From a bacterium (GTDB taxonomy: Bacteria > Patescibacteriota > Doudnabacteria > UBA920 > VMFF01), in NCBI GenBank assembly GCA_021811585.1, contig JAJZOG010000007.1, positions 1 to 55,458 on the forward strand: a DNA stretch of 55,458 nucleotides, read 5' to 3'. Made by a program: the position numbers and the translations under genes. The notes below the pieces were generated by a model, which saw nothing but the letters and a program-made list of their open reading frames with translations, was not told the DNA's origin and searched no databases. Shown here piece after piece: positions 1-8,048 of the stretch (position 1 is the first letter of the stretch; each line of letters opens with the position of its first letter).

Positions 1-40
1 TGTCTGGAGCGGCTGTTGGTGGTTCGCTGGCGTCCGCAAG
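1..40 (+). repeat. DGR variable repeat (VR), 3' part only; the rest lies left of the window
   Basis: 1-40 aligns to TR 449-488. There are 5 mismatches, all at TR adenines (451, 457, 460, 462, 463). The last 24 nt (16-39 vs 464-487) are identical. Confidence 0.75.
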
Positions 41-52
41 GTTTCCGAGTAG
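2..52 (+). CDS. C-terminal end of the DGR target protein (5'-truncated by the window edge)
   Basis: Frame 2 reads VWSGCWWFAGVRKVSE-stop (TAG 50-52). WWFAGVR matches the in-frame TR translation ...NWWFAGVRN. The tracked ORF 16..333 is in a different frame and is probably spurious. Confidence 0.6.
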   Translation, partial: VWSGCWWFAGVRKVSE

Positions 53-105
53 CACCTGGAAACCTGGAATTCTGGTTCCTCTGGGATCTGGATTCCAAAA
101 ACTTT

Positions 106-147
106 GGAGCTCTGCAACAAACACTTCGGTGTGCGTTGCGGAGCTCC
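106..147 (+). terminator. GC-rich stem-loop downstream of the VR/target gene: intrinsic terminator and/or DGR-associated hairpin
   Basis: ggagctctgcaacaaacac-ttcg-gtgtgcgttgcggagctcc is a near-perfect stem with a UUCG loop, followed by tttcatttt. Confidence 0.4.
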
Positions 148-371
148 TTTCATTTTGCTAAAATTTGTAACAGATGGATCGGAATCTGTGGGTACGCTTG
201 CAGATTGTCTGTCTCGCATTACCGAAGCGGTCAGAATATTTTTTGGCATAAGCTCAAAATAGCGTATTGCTTGGTAAAAAGGTTTCAAGGAAACTTGGTA
301 CGAGTTGCCGGAGGATTTAAATATCCCGGCTAAAATACAGCTTGAAGAGTATTCAACGAGCAGTGCAATAG

Positions 372-488
372 ATGACAATTCGTACGGACTACCTCACGTT
401 CAACAGGTGGAACGACAAGCGCAACGTGAACTGCAACCGCAACGACAATGACTGGAACGACAATTGGTGGTTCGCTGGCGTCCGCAAC
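372..488 (+). repeat. DGR template repeat (TR); 5' boundary approximate
   Basis: The 3' end is identical to the VR. In frame it reads MTIRTDYLTFNRWNDKRNVNCNRNDNDWNDNWWFAGVRN with 7 AAC and 2 AAT codons, the adenine-rich Asn codons typical of a TR. It lies directly upstream of avd and the RT. Confidence 0.75.
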
Positions 489-498
489 TATCCTTGAA

Positions 499-771
499 TT
501 ATTTAGTCAGCTGCTTTTGCCAGCTGCCAATAAGTTTGCCGACTTCTGCCAGTAGCGCGGAAATCTCGGCAAACTTTTTGTTATCTATTGCTTTCAGTTC
601 CCAGGTCAATTGCAGGAAGAATTTCAATATGTCCAGTTTTAGGCTTGCTTTTTTGACAACAGTAAGCTTATTTTCTCTCGAAATATAGCTTGCTGTTAGA
701 ATCAATTCAATTAACTCGGTAAGCAACACGCTAATTTTCTCGCCCAAGGAATATCTATCCAGACGAGGCAT
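499..771 (-). CDS. avd: DGR accessory variability determinant (Avd-like four-helix-bundle protein); true N-terminus probably upstream of the ATG at 771
   Basis: ...RLDRYSLGEKISVLLTELIELILTASY...KLDILKFFLQLTWELKAI...LLAEVGKLIGSWQKQ follows the Avd / 23S-IVS four-helix-bundle pattern. The frame stays open upstream to 885 and encodes LPLLQKLTAAYKLWHKTLPD (helix 1), but has no ATG/GTG/TTG there. Confidence 0.75.
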   Translation of the reverse strand: MPRLDRYSLGEKISVLLTELIELILTASYISRENKLTVVKKASLKLDILKFFLQLTWELKAIDNKKFAEISALLAEVGKLIGSWQKQLTK

Positions 772-848
772 ATCAGGAAGTGTTTTATGCCAGAGCTTAT
801 AAGCCGCTGTGAGTTTTTGTAACAGGGGAAGGTCAGTTGGTGCGTTTA

Positions 849-869
849 CTCTCTCTCTCTCTCTCTCTC
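849..869. repeat. (CT)10 dinucleotide microsatellite between avd and the RT
   Basis: ctctctctctctctctctctc is read directly from the sequence. Confidence 0.95.
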
Positions 870-887
870 GTTTTGTTCCGAAATTTT

Positions 888-1898
888 ATGAAAAGGCAAC
901 TTATCCATAGTTTTGAAGAAATTATTAGTTTAGAAAATTTATTTTCCGCTTGGCAGGAATTTTACCGTGGCAAGTCATCAAAAAAAGATGTCCAGCTTTT
1001 TGTTGCCAATCTTATTGATAACATTGTAGCGCTTCATGAAGATCTTGCCAATAAAACTTATAGGCACGGCGGCTATGAGCAGTTTGGGATATCGGATCCA
1101 AAGCCACGACAAATTCATAAGGCACAGGTTCGGGACAGGGTTTTACACCACGCGATTTATCGGATTTTGTATCCGGCGTTTGATACGGTTTTTATAGCCG
1201 ATTCTTTTTCCTGCCGAACAAACAAAGGCACGCATAAGGCGATGGATCGGTTCCAAGCCTTGGCTTACAAGGTTAGTAAAAACCATACTAGGACTTGCTG
1301 GGTCTTGAAATGCGATATAAAAAAGTTTTTTGCAAGCATAGACCATGAAGTTCTGATTGGAATTTTAAAAGAACGGATTGCGGACAAAAATATAATCTGG
1401 CTGCTGCAAAATGTTGTAGGTAGTTTTTCAATAGGCAAGCCTGGCACAGGGTTGCCGCTCGGGAACCTGACATCCCAGCTTTTCTGCAATGTTTACATGA
1501 ATGAGTTTGACCAGTTCGTTAAACAAAAACTCAAAGCCAAACATTATGTCAGATACGCTGACGATTTTGTGTTCCTGTCTGAAAATCAGGAATGGCTCAA
1601 TGGGCAGATTCCAAGGATTCAAGAATTTTTGGAGCGGAAGCTAAAGTTAAGATTGCATCCTGATAAAATTTATATCAAATCTTTTGCCGCAGGCGTAGAT
1701 TTTTTGGGATGGATCCATTTTCCAAAATACAGGCGACTGCGCACGGTTACAAAGAAGCGGATGTTTAAGAGAATAAAGGAATCGCCCAAACCCGAAACTC
1801 TTCAATCATATTTGGGTGTGCTAAGCCATGGGGATAGCTATGGCCTAGCAGAGGAGGTTATAAGCGATTATTGGCTTTTTTCGAAAAAAAGTTTTTGA
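888..1898 (+). CDS. DGR-type reverse transcriptase
   Basis: Tracked ORF 837..1898; first ATG at 888 (MKRQLIHSFEEIISLENLF). Motifs: CDIKKFFASIDH, LPLGNLTSQLFCNVYMNEFD ([I/L]GxxxSQ signature of DGR RTs) and the YADDFVF catalytic box. Confidence 0.9.
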   Translation: MKRQLIHSFEEIISLENLFSAWQEFYRGKSSKKDVQLFVANLIDNIVALHEDLANKTYRHGGYEQFGISDPKPRQIHKAQVRDRVLHHAIYRILYPAFDTVFIADSFSCRTNKGTHKAMDRFQALAYKVSKNHTRTCWVLKCDIKKFFASIDHEVLIGILKERIADKNIIWLLQNVVGSFSIGKPGTGLPLGNLTSQLFCNVYMNEFDQFVKQKLKAKHYVRYADDFVFLSENQEWLNGQIPRIQEFLERKLKLRLHPDKIYIKSFAAGVDFLGWIHFPKYRRLRTVTKKRMFKRIKESPKPETLQSYLGVLSHGDSYGLAEEVISDYWLFSKKSF

Positions 1899-2383
1899 TC
1901 TACTGATCGGCCAACATGAAATGTTAATTTTGGCATGGTGCCGTTTCGTAACCAGTAGATTCCAGCGGCAATTATGCGATGATTGCCATCCTGCACATAA
2001 TAACTCCCTGCATCTGGTTCGCCATTGACCTTTTCTCTTAGAATAATAGTACCTTGTTCCATTGAGGAGATGTCTTCTTCGAGTTGATTCAATAATTTTT
2101 CGATGTAATTTTTATTACGTCCAGATTCCCACTGGCCTAGTAATTGTTGGTTAGCAGCGTCGGCAATATTTTTTAACAGGCGGCCCTGTTTAATTAGAGC
2201 TTTTGATTCATTACAGTCGACTGTCACTAAATTTGTAAAATCATTCTCTGATAATTCTTGGGCTAAATTCCAGATAGCGCAGCAATCTATAACTCGGAGG
2301 TTTTCATCGTTACTATTAGGGGTAACGCCCTTTCGTCTTTCCCGGCTAATATAAAAGTCTTTGACTATTTGTTTGTTATCCAT
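1868..2383 (-). CDS. Hypothetical protein with a ParB/sulfiredoxin-like motif
   Basis: C-terminal SYYVQDGNHRIIAAG resembles the DGxHR motif of ParB-like nuclease domains. It is the last gene of the minus-strand operon and overlaps the RT 3' end by 31 nt. Confidence 0.45.
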   Translation of the reverse strand: MDNKQIVKDFYISRERRKGVTPNSNDENLRVIDCCAIWNLAQELSENDFTNLVTVDCNESKALIKQGRLLKNIADAANQQLLGQWESGRNKNYIEKLLNQLEEDISSMEQGTIILREKVNGEPDAGSYYVQDGNHRIIAAGIYWLRNGTMPKLTFHVGRSVDQKLFFEKSQ

Positions 2384-2432
2384 TTTTCTTTTTATCCAAA
2401 TAAATTTTCTTATCCTTCAAAATAACCTTGCT

Positions 2433-3716
2433 TTATAAAAATTGTAGCATCTTTCTTTGTTCGTCCGGATCATCGGCATCACGGAACAAAGCCTTGGCAA
2501 ATCTGCGCAAGTCAATTGCTTTTTTCTCTAGCGTCCGATCAATTACAGGTTCGCCAGTAACAAAACTATGGAAGTCATACCATTTTTCAATTTCAGCATC
2601 AAGCTCGGCGCGCATCCCAAGCAAGTCTAAATCCACATCATCAATCATATCCGCAAGCTGGCTGATCAGGTCTTGTTCGTTTATATATGGCTGCCTGCAC
2701 TTCCAGTTTTTGCCGTGGCTGCAGCCGTAATATCTGTATATAGCAATCTCGCCAGTGCTAAGTTTTTTAAATTTTTCTTGGGCTGTGACCCCGGAACCGC
2801 AATCGCCGCATTTCATAAAATGCAGGAAATTAAACTGCTTAGTCAGCTTGTATTTTTTCTTGAATGTATGCTGATTAAGTTGATCCTGGACCAAGTCAAA
2901 TAATTCTTTGGTAATAATCGGCGTATGTTGGCCTTTGTACCATTTGCCGCTTTTTCTGGGATATTCAAAGTAGCCATAATAGAAAGGTCTTCGAAGTACA
3001 AGCTGGACAGTGCTCAGTGCAATTTTATTATCAAATTTTGTTTGAAATCCGGTATCTCTGAGCCAGAATAAAATATCATAGATGCTGCATTTTTCGTATG
3101 CCACCTTTTCAAACATCTTTTTGATCACCGGCGCCCTATCTGGGTCTATTTCTACTTGGCATGCTTTATCTTTTAAGTTTGAATTCAAATACCCAAGCGG
3201 AGCAACCCCGGGCCATAAGCCCATTTCAACCCTTGCCCTCATGCCGCGCTGGACGTTGACCCCGCGATTATCATTTTCGAGCTTTGCTTGGCTGCCCAAG
3301 ATCATTAAAAGAAATTTATCATTAGGGGAGTTGGTGAATATCTGGTTATAGGTCCTGATTTCTACCAGATGCCGGCTATCCATTAAATCAACAAGCCTGC
3401 CTAAATCACCGGCGTTGCGGCTTAGTCGATCTGGATTCCAGGTTAAGATAGCATTATATTTTCCAGCTTTTAGGTCTTCAACTATTTCGTTGAATACTTT
3501 TCTCTGCCCGGAATCTTTTGCTGAATGGGATTCGGTTTTCTTAGCAACGATTTTTAGGTTTTCACGCTCCGCAATGCCCAGCATCTCTTTGAGCTGGGAA
3601 TCAATTGACAATGCCTGGCGCTCCTCGGCCTCCATGGATTTTCTGGCGTAAAGGCAGTAGGTGAGTTGATGTGATTGTTCCTTGCTTTTTTGTTTCATTT
3701 CAAATTGTTGGACCAT
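2433..3716 (-). CDS. Large serine recombinase (phage-integrase type)
   Basis: It has an N-terminal resolvase/invertase domain (YCLYARKSMEAEERQALSIDSQ... with catalytic Ser), a recombinase domain and a Cys-rich zinc ribbon (CGDCGSG...YYGCSH). The C-terminal tail looks like a coiled coil. Confidence 0.9.
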   Translation of the reverse strand: MVQQFEMKQKSKEQSHQLTYCLYARKSMEAEERQALSIDSQLKEMLGIAERENLKIVAKKTESHSAKDSGQRKVFNEIVEDLKAGKYNAILTWNPDRLSRNAGDLGRLVDLMDSRHLVEIRTYNQIFTNSPNDKFLLMILGSQAKLENDNRGVNVQRGMRARVEMGLWPGVAPLGYLNSNLKDKACQVEIDPDRAPVIKKMFEKVAYEKCSIYDILFWLRDTGFQTKFDNKIALSTVQLVLRRPFYYGYFEYPRKSGKWYKGQHTPIITKELFDLVQDQLNQHTFKKKYKLTKQFNFLHFMKCGDCGSGVTAQEKFKKLSTGEIAIYRYYGCSHGKNWKCRQPYINEQDLISQLADMIDDVDLDLLGMRAELDAEIEKWYDFHSFVTGEPVIDRTLEKKAIDLRRFAKALFRDADDPDEQRKMLQFL

Positions 3717-4228
3717 TCAACTATCAATAAAGAACTTGCTGGTACCCCACAAGCTAAAGCTCCTTCAATAAATCTTATTTGAGGTTTGGTCAGGCGATCT
3801 TTGCCTTTATTTTTTGCTTCACAAAACAGCACGGTATTATCTTTCCAAGCCAATACATCAAAACAAGCTGTTGTTTTAGAGATTTTCCAAATTCTTTGTA
3901 ATAAGGATTGTTTATTTTCAGGAATTGATACATTATTTGATCTCAATTTCCATTCAGTAGGCATCTCTTTGAGAAAATTCGTGCCACCATATGTCTCAAC
4001 CCAGATTGACTGCCAACCGGCGTCGATCAGTATTCTGGATATTGCTAGTTCTGCAAAAACTGGTTTATTTTTATAGTCGATAATGGGTTTATTACCGTAA
4101 TCAAAAGTGGGTTTTGGCCCGGTCCATAGCTTGAAAGTCGGGTGGCAAATTGGCAAAGCCGTCATTATTCCCGAATTTAACTTTACTGAAAATTCTCCGT
4201 CAGATTTTAGCTTTTTTGGTAAATCCAT
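3695..4228 (-). CDS. VRR-NUC / PD-(D/E)xK-fold nuclease-like protein
   Basis: CFDVLAWKDNTVLFCEAKNKGKDRLTKPQIRFIE gives a D...ExK pattern plus the downstream Q, as in VRR-NUC domains. It overlaps the recombinase start by 22 nt. Confidence 0.55.
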   Translation of the reverse strand: MDLPKKLKSDGEFSVKLNSGIMTALPICHPTFKLWTGPKPTFDYGNKPIIDYKNKPVFAELAISRILIDAGWQSIWVETYGGTNFLKEMPTEWKLRSNNVSIPENKQSLLQRIWKISKTTACFDVLAWKDNTVLFCEAKNKGKDRLTKPQIRFIEGALACGVPASSLLIVEWSNNLK

Positions 4229-4240
4229 ATAGGTTTATAT

Positions 4241-4810
4241 TTAGATTAGACCCTCAGATTTTATTAACGATGTAACGCAAAGCGAATACTCTTTTTCTTT
4301 GGAGGATTCTATTAGAATTTGCTCTTTGATAGCATCTTTCTCATCTATTGGTACCAATAAATATAATCTGATGAGGAGTCTAATTTTATCCAATCTCTCA
4401 GTCCTCCTTTCTAATAAGGATGGTCGGTTGAGTTTTACTAAATCCAGGGTTTTTTCTCCCTTGTCATTTGTATTAATAGAAAAAATTATTGAGTTTAGAG
4501 CATGCAAAAATTGTTCAGGATCTTCTTGGTATGGGTTAATAAGTTTTTCGTCATATTGGTCATTTTTGTATTCACGATTGCATTTAGGGCAGGCATATCC
4601 TAGATTATCCCAATCAAATTCTAAATCTGGAAAAGAGGTCTTAGGTTTTATATGCTCAACATCGCCATAATCAATATGCTCAATACGACTCTCGCAATAC
4701 ATACATTTATTAAAGCTTGATTCCTGAAGTGCTTTCTTATTTTCTGGGTGTTTGTAGTTGCTGCGTAGGGCTGTGGGATTGGGGCAGGCCGGCCGTGTCA
4801 ATTTAATCAT
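4241..4810 (-). CDS. HNH endonuclease, TIGR02646/PtuB-like
   Basis: KCMYCESRIEHIDYGDVEHIKPK...WDNLGYACPKCNREYKND is an HNH core. The N-terminal KLTRPACP... and the C-terminal LNRPSLLERR segment resemble the Septu PtuB / retron-associated HNH family. Confidence 0.75.
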   Translation of the reverse strand: MIKLTRPACPNPTALRSNYKHPENKKALQESSFNKCMYCESRIEHIDYGDVEHIKPKTSFPDLEFDWDNLGYACPKCNREYKNDQYDEKLINPYQEDPEQFLHALNSIIFSINTNDKGEKTLDLVKLNRPSLLERRTERLDKIRLLIRLYLLVPIDEKDAIKEQILIESSKEKEYSLCVTSLIKSEGLI

Positions 4811-4971
4811 TGCGGTTTTGTAATTACATTATTAAGAGCATCAGGTAAAAGTCTTTCTAAACCGATGCTTTGTAATTCAGCACGCATATTAGATAACTCT
4901 TCCTTAGTAATTTTTTTTCCTGAATATTTTTCCACCAAATTTTTTAATTTTTCCTCTGCCCAGATCGGCAT
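4807..4971 (-). CDS. Possible 54-aa ORF translationally coupled to the HNH gene (not in the ORF track)
   Basis: MPIWAEEKLKNLVEKYSGKKITKEELSNMRAELQSIGLERLLPDALNNVITKPQ. Its TGA overlaps the HNH ATG (ATGA at 4807-4810). There is no convincing SD. Confidence 0.3.
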   Translation of the reverse strand: MPIWAEEKLKNLVEKYSGKKITKEELSNMRAELQSIGLERLLPDALNNVITKPQ

Positions 4972-4991
4972 CGTAAAGGATACGCCTGGAG

Positions 4992-6038
4992 TTGAACTTG
5001 CGCTTGAACCGCAACACCGGAGAGTTCGACTTCAATCTGCTTAAAGATTTTGGTGAAGATTTTCTGGCAGATATAGGTTTCTCAAGCGAGGAGTTAGATA
5101 GTGCTTTCGGCATAGATGAATCGCCGGAAGTGTTCAATCTTGAAAAAGAATTGCAAAAGCTAGATATTAAAAAAGTGCAGCTGAAAACAGGTGATATGCT
5201 GGATCTTGATGGCAGCAGGCTTTTGGTTGGCGACTCAACCAAAGAAGCAGACATGCTGAAACTGTTTGGCAGCGAGAAAGCAGATATGTGTTTTACAGAT
5301 CCGCCATATTTGCTCGACTACCTGCATGGCAAAAAGAAAAAGCAGTCAACAAAAGGTTTTGGCCTTAAACGCGATAGAACCTATCTTGGCACAGAGTCGC
5401 TGCCTGAGAATTTTACCGACCTTTGGATGGCCAACATAGCCAAAATTCAAAAGCCAGACTTCTCCATAATCGTATACGAAAATCCAAAAAATCTGCGCAC
5501 GATTTGGAATGCGCTCGATAAGCATTGGAAGTACCGTAACACCATAATCTGGCATCTGCCTAACCGGGTGCAGGGGTTTGCTGCTAAGTATAAGTTCTTC
5601 AACAAATATGATTTTTCAATTCTTGGAACTTCTGGAAAGGTATTATTGCATGATGAGCCAGAAAGCAATCCGTTGTTGCAGGAGGAATACGAAGCTGCCT
5701 TGTTTGCCACGTCAGGCAGCCCGACCTGGGAGAAGTATGAAAAGGGTAAAAAATACTGCCCAACTGACTTTATTGAATACAAGGCAAGCGATGCCAAAAG
5801 CTCAGGCCAAGGTATTATCTTTGGAACAAAACCAGTTGAGATCCTAATACCATACATAAAAATTTTGACTAAACGCGGCGACTTGATAGCAGAACCATTT
5901 GGCGGTTCAGGATCCACTTTGATTGCTGCCACCAAGATGCAGCGCAGGTGTTTTGTTATGGAAAAAAGCAATATCTATGCCGAGGTAATCCGAAAGCGCT
6001 GGGAGAAGCTAACCGGCAAGAAAGCGAGACTTATATGA
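4992..6038 (+). CDS. DNA methyltransferase (N6-adenine/N4-cytosine, beta class, PF01555-like)
   Basis: DPPY motif (CFTDPPYLLDY) precedes the SAM motif FGGSGST. The N-terminal linker (GFSSEELDSAF...GDMLDLDGSRLLVGDS) is as in phage ParB-methylase fusions, but without the ParB domain. TTG start is uncertain. Confidence 0.85.
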   Translation: MNLRLNRNTGEFDFNLLKDFGEDFLADIGFSSEELDSAFGIDESPEVFNLEKELQKLDIKKVQLKTGDMLDLDGSRLLVGDSTKEADMLKLFGSEKADMCFTDPPYLLDYLHGKKKKQSTKGFGLKRDRTYLGTESLPENFTDLWMANIAKIQKPDFSIIVYENPKNLRTIWNALDKHWKYRNTIIWHLPNRVQGFAAKYKFFNKYDFSILGTSGKVLLHDEPESNPLLQEEYEAALFATSGSPTWEKYEKGKKYCPTDFIEYKASDAKSSGQGIIFGTKPVEILIPYIKILTKRGDLIAEPFGGSGSTLIAATKMQRRCFVMEKSNIYAEVIRKRWEKLTGKKARLI

Positions 6039-6484
6039 GCGGCAAAAATCTAAAACAGAAACAGCAGAAAACTGCGCTAGTTGAGCAACTTAAAAAAATG
6101 CCGATCATAGAGGTCGCCTGTAAGCGCATGGGTATAAGTAGGGCAGCTTACTATGTTTGGCGAAAGCAAGACATTGAATTTGCCAACATGGCTGATACTG
6201 CGATTCAAGATGGCGTCTTGTATATTAATGACCTTGCAGAATCAGGGTTGCTGTCTCAGATCAAGGACAATGATTTACAAGCAATTAAATTTTGGTTAAT
6301 CCATAGGCACTCAGCGTATGCTGCCAAACTTCAGGTTAACGCCAATCTCAATGCCTTCCAAGAACAATTAAGCCCTGACCAACAAAAAGTGGTAGATGAG
6401 GCGCTGCGTCTGCTATCGCTTAGCGATGGCGAGGAAGTAACAAAAGGAGAAAAAGAAAATGAAACTGACGCCGGAAATAATTAA
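6035..6484 (+). CDS. Terminase small subunit-like HTH protein
   Basis: Start ATG 6035 overlaps the methylase stop (ATGA). MSGKNLKQKQQKT...IIEVACKRMGISRAAYYVWRKQD is an HTH. It sits immediately upstream of, and overlaps, the large terminase. Confidence 0.6.
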   Translation: MSGKNLKQKQQKTALVEQLKKMPIIEVACKRMGISRAAYYVWRKQDIEFANMADTAIQDGVLYINDLAESGLLSQIKDNDLQAIKFWLIHRHSAYAAKLQVNANLNAFQEQLSPDQQKVVDEALRLLSLSDGEEVTKGEKENETDAGNN

Positions 6485-8024
6485 GCGCATGCACAATGAC
6501 CGCGATATTAGGAGAGCTATTACCAAGCGCAGCTTTGAAGCCTTTTTCGGCTATTATTTTGGCGATTACCTTGAATATGAAAGTGCCCCATTCCATACCC
6601 AAATGTTTAAGCTTTGTGAGAACGACAATACTAAATTGATTGTAATCAAAGGTTTCCGCGAAAGCGCCAAGTCCACCCTAATGGCTCAAGCCTATCCAAT
6701 TTGGGCGGCTATATCAGGTCGCGCTAAAGAAATAGTGGTAATTAGTAAAACCCAAATGCTTGCCCGCCATTTGCTTAAAAATATCCGCGCTGAACTGGAA
6801 GAAAATAAGTGGCTTATTAATGATTTTCAACCGTATGATTTTATGGAAGATCAGTCGGGTGCTTATGCGGTTACTTTAAAACGCTATCATTCAGAAATTA
6901 TTGCGGTATCGCGCGATCAAGGCATTCGCGGCATTCGACATCGCCAGCATAGGCCAGGTCTAATAGTCATTGACGATGCTGATGATTTGGCAAGCGTTAA
7001 AACTCAAGAATCCAGAGACGATACCTGGAACTGGCTAATGCGCGACATTATTCCTTTAGGCAGCAAGAATACTAAAATGGTAGTGCTTGGTTCGCCACTA
7101 CATGACGACAGCATGATCATGAGACTCAGCAAATCTATTGCTGATGGACTTATGAAAGGTGTGGCTCTTCATATTCCCATAGTTGATGACGCGGGCAAAC
7201 CAACTTGGCCTGCAAAGTTTCCAACCCAAGCAGATATTGAGGAGGCACGCAGTAAAATGGATGAATTAGCTTGGCAAAGGGAAATGATGCTAAAGATAGT
7301 TCCCGAAAATGGACAAATTATCAGCCGTGAGGATATATCTTTTTATGATGAGCAGCCACTTAGGTCAGATTCTAAATCTGAGTTTATTGAACGGATCGGT
7401 TCAATTGATTTTGCTTTAAAAGACAAGCAATCTGCTGATTTTACAGCAATGGTTGAAGGAGATATTTATGGATATGACCAAGAACGAGTTATATATATTC
7501 AGCCAAATCCGTTAAACAAAAGATTGGAGTCACACCAGGCGCTAAACGAAGCGGTCCTGCGTTCCAATCCGCCAGGATCTAAATATCCAAACAAGCTTGT
7601 TGTTGAAGACGTTGGCGCCTCAATAGTTTTTATTGACCTGCTAAAGCAAAGCCATATTCCAGTTCAAAGTTTCCAGCTTAAAAGCCAAGATAAACGAGAG
7701 CGATTTTCCATAGCCGCAAGCTGGATTAAAACCGGCAGAGTAAAACTGCCGCGTCATGGCTGCGAGCGGCTCATTGAACAAATAGTAGGCTTTGGAACAG
7801 AGCGTTTCGATGACCTTTTGGACGCGCTTGTTCAACTGATCATTTATGTCATGGAAAATAATGGCGGAAAAATGGGAGGAATAGTGTCAATAGATTTAGG
7901 AATTGATTATAACCTTGAAGGCGGACTGCTTCCTGCCAATTATAGGCCACCACATCTTTTGCCACTTAGACGAAGCACGAATATAAATAACATCTTGGGT
8001 AAAAGCAGATATCTTAGAGACTAA
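6459..8024 (+). CDS. Phage terminase large subunit
   Basis: Walker A-like GFRESAKST and Walker B LIVIDDADD. The C-terminal RNaseH-like nuclease part has IDFALKDKQSADFTAMV, VEDVG and FDDLLDALV. SD aaaggag lies upstream. Confidence 0.85.
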   Translation: MKLTPEIIKRMHNDRDIRRAITKRSFEAFFGYYFGDYLEYESAPFHTQMFKLCENDNTKLIVIKGFRESAKSTLMAQAYPIWAAISGRAKEIVVISKTQMLARHLLKNIRAELEENKWLINDFQPYDFMEDQSGAYAVTLKRYHSEIIAVSRDQGIRGIRHRQHRPGLIVIDDADDLASVKTQESRDDTWNWLMRDIIPLGSKNTKMVVLGSPLHDDSMIMRLSKSIADGLMKGVALHIPIVDDAGKPTWPAKFPTQADIEEARSKMDELAWQREMMLKIVPENGQIISREDISFYDEQPLRSDSKSEFIERIGSIDFALKDKQSADFTAMVEGDIYGYDQERVIYIQPNPLNKRLESHQALNEAVLRSNPPGSKYPNKLVVEDVGASIVFIDLLKQSHIPVQSFQLKSQDKRERFSIAASWIKTGRVKLPRHGCERLIEQIVGFGTERFDDLLDALVQLIIYVMENNGGKMGGIVSIDLGIDYNLEGGLLPANYRPPHLLPLRRSTNINNILGKSRYLRD

Positions 8025-8048
8025 AAAATAATACCGGCTTTGCCGGTA

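Noticed and set aside
16-333. Tracked ORF (105 aa) covering the VR and the VR-TR spacer
   Set aside because: It is in a different frame from the WWFAGVR-encoding frame, which ends at TAG 50-52. The sequence is Cys/Arg/Trp-rich and non-protein-like. The region is better explained as the target-gene 3' end plus a non-coding spacer with a hairpin.
4241-4810. Septu (PtuA/PtuB) defence system
   Set aside because: The HNH is PtuB-like, but no PtuA-type ABC/AAA ATPase is adjacent. The upstream partner is only a 54-aa ORF.
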